A stretch of DNA of 64,000 nucleotides. Origin: Synechococcus sp. (GTDB lineage: Bacteria; Cyanobacteriota; Cyanobacteriia; PCC-6307; Cyanobiaceae). Under the pieces are notes generated by a model. That model ran no database searches. It had not been told where the DNA came from and saw nothing but the letters and a program-made list of their open reading frames with translations. A program made the translations under genes and the position numbers. The DNA lies in assembly GCA_047285535.1 (NCBI GenBank), contig JBJBDC010000001.1, forward strand, positions 544,136-608,135, in the 5' to 3' direction. This document shows, piece after piece, positions 58,686-64,000 of this stretch (the first letter of the stretch is position 1; each line of letters starts with the position of its first letter).

Positions 58686-59250
58686 GCTCCTTGACCATGG
58701 CTTTGAAGGGATCAATCGATCCAGGCTTTGATGATGGAACTCGAGGGGATGAAGAGGCCGATGGTTTGATTTCAGGTTCGGGTTTCAAAGCTTCTTTGCG
58801 CGCCGCAGGGGCCGCATTCGGAGCCATCGGTGTATTCACCCCAGCTTGGCTCAACGCATTGCCCTTGAGTCTCTGATTCAACTGATCCTTTGACATCGCC
58901 TCGGCGAACGTCTTTTTCACAGGGGTGGGAATGCCACTTGAAACAACTGAGGGGATTGAAGGCTCTTGGTTGGGTTTTTCAGCTCCTAACCCCTTGGAAC
59001 GAGAACCAACTTTGAGATCCGTTGCATCAACTTCGGTCACCAGCTCTTTATTGCCGGGATTGTCGGCTGAGCCTGGAAAGGTGCGTCGGATTGTTTTGGA
59101 CTCTCGCATGTAGTCCACATTTCCGTAGGAAGAGGATGAGTCCGAGTCAAGGTAAAAGGCTTCAGATTTTGGCTTGGCACTTTTTTTGGCCTCTCCCTGT
59201 TGACCGTCACCCTTGCCACGCATTTTCTGCAGTCGATCAAAGAGGCCCAT
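58675..59250 (-). CDS. Mostly disordered protein resembling phycobilisome linker ApcI
   Basis: MGLF start, EAFYLDSD...GNVDYMR..KTIRRTFP block, C-terminal SIDPFKAMVKEL (FxxM). Confidence 0.65.
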   Translation of the reverse strand: MGLFDRLQKMRGKGDGQQGEAKKSAKPKSEAFYLDSDSSSSYGNVDYMRESKTIRRTFPGSADNPGNKELVTEVDATDLKVGSRSKGLGAEKPNQEPSIPSVVSSGIPTPVKKTFAEAMSKDQLNQRLKGNALSQAGVNTPMAPNAAPAARKEALKPEPEIKPSASSSPRVPSSKPGSIDPFKAMVKELNS

Positions 59251-59277
59251 GTCTCAGATCCAAATCCTGTGACGAAC

Positions 59278-59934
59278 TTAGCGGCCTTTTAGGTCGATAC
59301 CGTGGGTATCGGTGCCACAGGTACGCAAAAGGCCAAGGTTCTTTAACTGTTTGTCGATCGCTTCACAGATCACCGGAGTTGATGACCAACGTTCTTGCAT
59401 GTCGTAGTCATACCAAGCTTCACCCCCGTCGAAACCCAGTTCAGCTGCAGCATCTATCAAGTCTTTATAACCCAACCTGTAGCGAGCGGGATGGGCCAAG
59501 ATTGCAAGCCCTCCTGCGTTGTGAATGGCTTTGCAAACCTCACCGGCACGAAGAGGTGCTCCCACAGCAGCATCACCTGTGGTGTAGGGCAAAAGGGAAC
59601 GATGTCCTGGAATGAATCCAAGGGCCAAGACGTGGACCAGGCATCCGCGCAGGATTGCGCTGATTTCAATTCCACTCCAAAGCGTTGGCGTGACGTCGCC
59701 TTGATCCTTAGCTCTGTTCAGCCATTCAACCATCGGAAGGTAGGCCGCAGTGGAATGGTGGTCGGTCACCGCAATGTGACTCAGCCGCTGAGCACTGGCC
59801 TGCTCAATCAGAGCCACGGGCTCAAGACACCCGTCACTGCAAAGCGTATGGCAATGGAAATTCAGTGTGCCTGGACAACTTTCGGGACCGATGCTCTCGA
59901 GGACAGCACGCAGAGGCTGCTGCTCATGCGTCAT
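59278..59934 (-). CDS. PHP domain metal-dependent phosphoesterase
   Basis: NFHCHTLCSDG, AVTDHH, GIEIS, LAHPARY, GTDTHG. Confidence 0.9.
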   Translation of the reverse strand: MTHEQQPLRAVLESIGPESCPGTLNFHCHTLCSDGCLEPVALIEQASAQRLSHIAVTDHHSTAAYLPMVEWLNRAKDQGDVTPTLWSGIEISAILRGCLVHVLALGFIPGHRSLLPYTTGDAAVGAPLRAGEVCKAIHNAGGLAILAHPARYRLGYKDLIDAAAELGFDGGEAWYDYDMQERWSSTPVICEAIDKQLKNLGLLRTCGTDTHGIDLKGR

Positions 59935-60517
59935 GGACCGACTCCTGAGCCAGTGATAAGGCTCGAAGGCGTCGCCAACGCGCATAGAGTTGGATGGTTG
60001 CAGCCATGAAAACCACCAGCCCAACGATCAACCACGTCGCTGCACCTGTTGGAAACTGGTTTTTAAACACCACCAACATCACTACAACGACAAGCAATAG
60101 CGTCGGTAGTTCATTGAGCGCCCTGAGTTGACGACCAGTCCAATGGCAGATTCCGGCCTCAAGTTGCCCCATGAGGCGATAACAAAGAAAGTGATAGGCC
60201 AATAACAGAGCCACAAATCCCAGCTTTGCGTGCATCCATCCTTGCTGTAACCAGGATGGTTGGGTGATCAATAAACCAACGGCCATAGCAACCGTGAGGA
60301 TTAATCCCGGTGTCGTGATGATGTTGGCGAGCCTGCGTTCCATCACGGCGTACTGGGCTTTAAAGGCTTCGCGGACAGGCGACGGCTCATCTTCCGCTTC
60401 CACGTGATAGATGAACAGCCTGACGAGATAAAACAGACCGGCAAACCAAACCACAACCCCAATGATGTGAAGGGTCTTGAACCACAGGTAAGCCTCGGGA
60501 GGAAGCGTCAGTGTCAT
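59924..60517 (-). CDS. hemJ: Protoporphyrinogen oxidase HemJ
   Basis: YLWFKTLHIIGVVVWFAGLFYLVRLFIYHVE, MERRL, WMHAKL, NELPT. Confidence 0.93.
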   Translation of the reverse strand: MTLTLPPEAYLWFKTLHIIGVVVWFAGLFYLVRLFIYHVEAEDEPSPVREAFKAQYAVMERRLANIITTPGLILTVAMAVGLLITQPSWLQQGWMHAKLGFVALLLAYHFLCYRLMGQLEAGICHWTGRQLRALNELPTLLLVVVVMLVVFKNQFPTGAATWLIVGLVVFMAATIQLYARWRRLRALSLAQESVHDA

Positions 60518-60552
60518 GAACCCATCCATCGCACCTTGACAATAGAAAACCC

Positions 60553-61959
60553 TCAGCTGAGGGAGTCAAGAAACTGTTGTGCCTTGGTGTAATGCGTTTC
60601 CAGGACCTCAGGGACCATGCGATCGAGATGACGAGCCATCAATGCCAGCCTTGGCTGAGATCTAAAGAAGTCTTGATGACGATGAATAAAGCTCCAAAAC
60701 AATCCATCCCAGATGCCACACCATTCTCCGCTTTTGTAGTTTGACATTTTTCGCACGTAATTAGACCCAGAAAGGTAAGGCTTGCTGCTAAATAGGCCAC
60801 CATCTGCAAACTGACTCATTCCATAAATGTTTGGTACCATGACCCAGTCATATGCATCCACAAAAAGTTCCATGAACCAAGTATAAACTCGTGTGGGATG
60901 AAATCCGCAAAGCAGCATCATATTACCCAGTATCATCAGACGTTCAATATGATGACAATAGCCTGTATCGTGTGCCCTTTTAATTGCATCGTCAACTGGG
61001 GGTATTCCCGTCTTGCCTTTATAAAAAGCTTCTGGAATGGGTCTGTCTTCATGTAGCCAGAAATTGCCATTGCGCATCTTGATTCCGTGATGCAAATACA
61101 TCGCAGCGATGAACTCACGCCAGCCAATGATTTGACGAAGAAAACCCTCAAGAGAGTTGAGAGGGATGGAACTGCCATCCGCTGCTTCTAGCGTTCTTTT
61201 CAAAACTTGTTTTGGATTGAGCAAGCCAACATTCAGCATCGGCGATAAAACGCTATGCCACATCACGCGGTGATCTGTACTGATTGCATCTTCATAGGTG
61301 CCAAAGCCAGAAAGTCGCTCTTCAAGAAATCGATCCAACCATTGTTGGGCTTCGCGATGATCAGTGGGTAATTCAACAGGGGGCTCATCTGGAACTGAGA
61401 TTCCTTTGGGTAGACGCTTGCGGTTATCAGCATCAAAACTCCAGCGACCTCCAACTGGAGCCCCTTCATGATTGACCAACACGCCGAGTCGCTTTCGTTG
61501 CATTTGATAAAAACTGGCCATCATGGGTTTACGTCGCCCTTGAAAATGCTTTTCAAACACTTCAATTGGTGTGAGCAACATTGGTGTAGGGAGAATGGTT
61601 AAATTGCATTTGTGGTGCTTAATTGTTTTTCGTATTCTCTTGAGCAAAAGATCATCGATGGGATCAGCAAGATAGAATTGTTGATATCCAGTTGCGATAA
61701 GACGTTCCAGAAGATTGGTGGTTTTTTCACCTTGCTTTGGTACCACCTTGATGACGTTGTATCCATCGTCTTCAAGGCGTTTTTGATACGCCTTCATGGA
61801 TTGAAGATGGAACCGCTGTTTACGTGGATGAATCGAAAGAGGCCACAAAGGATCTCCTCCCAGGATCAAACCGTCAGCGCATAGTGCAATGGTTCGTTCG
61901 GCACGAACACCTGGATGATGTTCGAAGAGCTGATGCGGAAACACAAGGGTGATTTCCAT
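60553..61959 (-). CDS. Prokaryotic (6-4) photolyase, PhrB/CryB clade
   Basis: VFPHQLF, GGRWSFDADNRK, FGTYEDA, HSVLSPMLNVGLL, EGFLRQIIGWREF, HHIERLM, DAYDWV, KPYLSGSNY. Confidence 0.88.
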   Translation of the reverse strand: MEITLVFPHQLFEHHPGVRAERTIALCADGLILGGDPLWPLSIHPRKQRFHLQSMKAYQKRLEDDGYNVIKVVPKQGEKTTNLLERLIATGYQQFYLADPIDDLLLKRIRKTIKHHKCNLTILPTPMLLTPIEVFEKHFQGRRKPMMASFYQMQRKRLGVLVNHEGAPVGGRWSFDADNRKRLPKGISVPDEPPVELPTDHREAQQWLDRFLEERLSGFGTYEDAISTDHRVMWHSVLSPMLNVGLLNPKQVLKRTLEAADGSSIPLNSLEGFLRQIIGWREFIAAMYLHHGIKMRNGNFWLHEDRPIPEAFYKGKTGIPPVDDAIKRAHDTGYCHHIERLMILGNMMLLCGFHPTRVYTWFMELFVDAYDWVMVPNIYGMSQFADGGLFSSKPYLSGSNYVRKMSNYKSGEWCGIWDGLFWSFIHRHQDFFRSQPRLALMARHLDRMVPEVLETHYTKAQQFLDSLS

Positions 61960-61965
61960 GAAAAC

Positions 61966-62283
61966 TTATGAGGCTTGTCCAGCAAGTCTGCAAGCACGCT
62001 GCCCGAGAGTTGTTGATGGAATGCGATCAACAAGGCCATCTCTTGGACTGATTTGTTGGTTACGACAGTCCATCACCACACGCTCTCGATGACCTTGTTG
62101 ATCCTCAAGTCGCATTTGCAGTTGCCAGTGATTCTTTGCACTTCGGGTAATCTCATCGGCGCAAACAACACCTGTGCAAAGACCAGGCGCAGCATGCGCG
62201 AAACCAGGACTGAACACCTCCATGACGATCAATATCAGAAGGTTGAGGATCAGGGTGATGGATTGGGAGATCCTTCGCTTCAT
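61966..62283 (-). CDS. Small secreted Cys-containing hypothetical protein
   Basis: Signal peptide ending AHA; four Cys; RSAKNHWQ motif; 4-bp overlap with uvrC end. Confidence 0.7.
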   Translation of the reverse strand: MKRRISQSITLILNLLILIVMEVFSPGFAHAAPGLCTGVVCADEITRSAKNHWQLQMRLEDQQGHRERVVMDCRNQQISPRDGLVDRIPSTTLGQRACRLAGQAS

Positions 62284-64000
62284 ACGCTTTCCTCTTCTGC
62301 CATGACGACCTCATCGTCTTCAGCATCTTGTGGGTGAAAATAGGCACGAATCTGCTTTGCGAGCGAGCGTCCCACCCCTGGTGCTTGATTCAGCTGGTCC
62401 ACGCTGGCCAGCTGAATCGCATCAATGGATTGAAAGTGTGCAAGAAGATCTCGAACCCTTTTAGGACCTAGCCCTGGGATGTCAGACAACCGTGAGCGAG
62501 TCATCCGTTGCCCTCGCTGCTGTCGGTGAAAACTCACAGCAAAACGATGTGCTTCGTCACGCAAACGACGCAACAAGGCAACACCTAGTTGATCGGGCTC
62601 GCTTTCTATTGGATGCCTCGCTTCTGGCAGGAAAATCTCTTCTCGTTGTTTTGCTAATGAGCAAACAACAAGATCCTCATGAAGATCTAACTCGCGTAAC
62701 GCTTCCATGACGGCTGAAAGCTGACCTTTGCCACCATCAATCATCACGACATCGGGCCAGTCATGAAGCCCATCTAGATGCAAGCTACTCGTGGACTGAC
62801 GTCTGATCGTCAGCAAATCAGCTCCCTCGGCTTTCACACGAGCCCACTTTCGAAAACGCCTGCGCATGATTTCAGCCATGGCCATGAAATCATCGCTGTG
62901 ACCAGCCTGAATGCTTCTACTTTGTATTTTGTAGTGTCGGTAATGTTGCTTTGCGGGAAGCCCATCGATGAAAACGACTTGCGACGCAACGGCATCACTG
63001 CCTTGGATATGGCTGATGTCATATCCCTCGATTCGCCTTGGTGCTGTTGTTAATTCAAGCAGTTGAGCGAGGTCTTCATTGGCCAATGCCTGTTGCTCTT
63101 TGCTTTGGCGAGCTCGTCCCAGTTCAAATTCAGCATTCCGCATTACAAGGTCGATCAGGTCAGCTTTTTGTCGCCTTTGTGGATATAAAACATTAACTTT
63201 GCGTTGCCTTTGTTCGCTTAACCACTCTGTGATCAAGGTTTGTTGCGGGAGTTGATATTGCACTAGTATTTCCGGTGGAATTTCAACAGATTCCACTTGG
63301 CTGTAGTGTTCTTCCATCACACGCTGCAAGATCAGGCCAGGTTTGAGATCTTCTGCATCCGCTGCAAAGCCAAGTCTTCCTACAAGCTTGCCTGCACGCA
63401 TCTGGAACAATTGAATTGCGGCGAACCTTTCATCTTGAGCGACAGCAAGAACATCTCGACTCACTGATGAGTCCGGAAGACTCATCTTCTGATCAGCGGT
63501 TAGTTGATCAATTCCTATCAGTTGATCGCGAATCCCTGCCGCTGACTCAAAATCAAGGCGCTCCGCATAGCGTTCCATTTGTTGATTCAAGAGTTGCTTA
63601 AGCTCCTCACTACGCCCTTGAAAAACCATCGCAACTTTGCGTAATATTCGGTGATAATCTTCAGGACTGATTTTCTGCTGACAAACCCCTGGGCAACGTC
63701 CTATTGAATAATTTAGGCAAGTTCGGTTTGGATAGAGAGGCCTAGGGCGTTGCCTAAGCGGAAAGACTCTTTTGACCAGAAATAGGGTCTTTCTTAATAA
63801 TCCAACATCAACATACGGCCCATAGAATCGATCCAGCTTACTCCGAAATCTTCGCCGCCGAGTTATAAATATTCGAGGATAGTCCTCACTCCAGGTAATA
63901 CAAAGATAGGGATATTTTTTATCGTCCTTTAGGAGCACATTAAAATGTGGCTGCTGGTTTTTGATGAGGTTGGATTCAAGAGCAAGTGCCTCTGCCTCGC
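62280..64000 (-). CDS. uvrC: Excinuclease ABC subunit C (5' truncated by window edge)
   Basis: [44 protein letters not shown], HhH IPGLGPKR. Confidence 0.97.
   Translation of the reverse strand, partial: EAEALALESNLIKNQQPHFNVLLKDDKKYPYLCITWSEDYPRIFITRRRRFRSKLDRFYGPYVDVGLLRKTLFLVKRVFPLRQRPRPLYPNRTCLNYSIGRCPGVCQQKISPEDYHRILRKVAMVFQGRSEELKQLLNQQMERYAERLDFESAAGIRDQLIGIDQLTADQKMSLPDSSVSRDVLAVAQDERFAAIQLFQMRAGKLVGRLGFAADAEDLKPGLILQRVMEEHYSQVESVEIPPEILVQYQLPQQTLITEWLSEQRQRKVNVLYPQRRQKADLIDLVMRNAEFELGRARQSKEQQALANEDLAQLLELTTAPRRIEGYDISHIQGSDAVASQVVFIDGLPAKQHYRHYKIQSRSIQAGHSDDFMAMAEIMRRRFRKWARVKAEGADLLTIRRQSTSSLHLDGLHDWPDVVMIDGGKGQLSAVMEALRELDLHEDLVVCSLAKQREEIFLPEARHPIESEPDQLGVALLRRLRDEAHRFAVSFHRQQRGQRMTRSRLSDIPGLGPKRVRDLLAHFQSIDAIQLASVDQLNQAPGVGRSLAKQIRAYFHPQDAEDDEVVMAEEESV

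Noticed and set aside
59022..60009. Two roughly 200-aa + strand ORFs (59022-59615, 59395-60009)
   Set aside because: Antisense to well-supported genes and lacking protein-like motifs

Overview
Gene-dense stretch of a marine picocyanobacterial chromosome, almost certainly a Synechococcus (apcD, acsF, psb30, psb32 and pxcA present; roughly 50% GC by eye). It is mostly conserved core genome: translation (fmt, metG, pheT, rpmF, rpsR, rpmG, rlmD, trmL, tRNA-Met), tetrapyrrole/B12 genes (acsF, hemJ, cobN, cobU, metH), DNA repair (recJ, uvrC, a 6-4 photolyase), tldD/pmbA, ftsH and a SigF-type sigma factor. I see no CRISPR array, integrase, transposase or prophage, and cannot point to one clearly new system. 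The best leads: (1) a heavily decayed DEAD-box RNA helicase pseudogene at about 1.46-2.7 kb; (2) an RNase R-like (Zam-type) protein with its catalytic motifs erased, while an intact RNase II lies 25 kb away; (3) a CbbY-like phosphatase / ycf20 / plant-type glycerate kinase operon, possibly Rubisco by-product repair; (4) a 42.2-46.5 kb locus with clustered TGAGAC repeats, a ribbon-helix-helix + J-domain fusion, DUF3370, a small helical protein and a compact SigF; (5) a GC-elevated metH tract; (6) a hypothetical protein resembling the phycobilisome linker ApcI; (7) an FeS-less 6-4 photolyase downstream of uvrC. All family assignments come from motif recognition and recall, not database searches.
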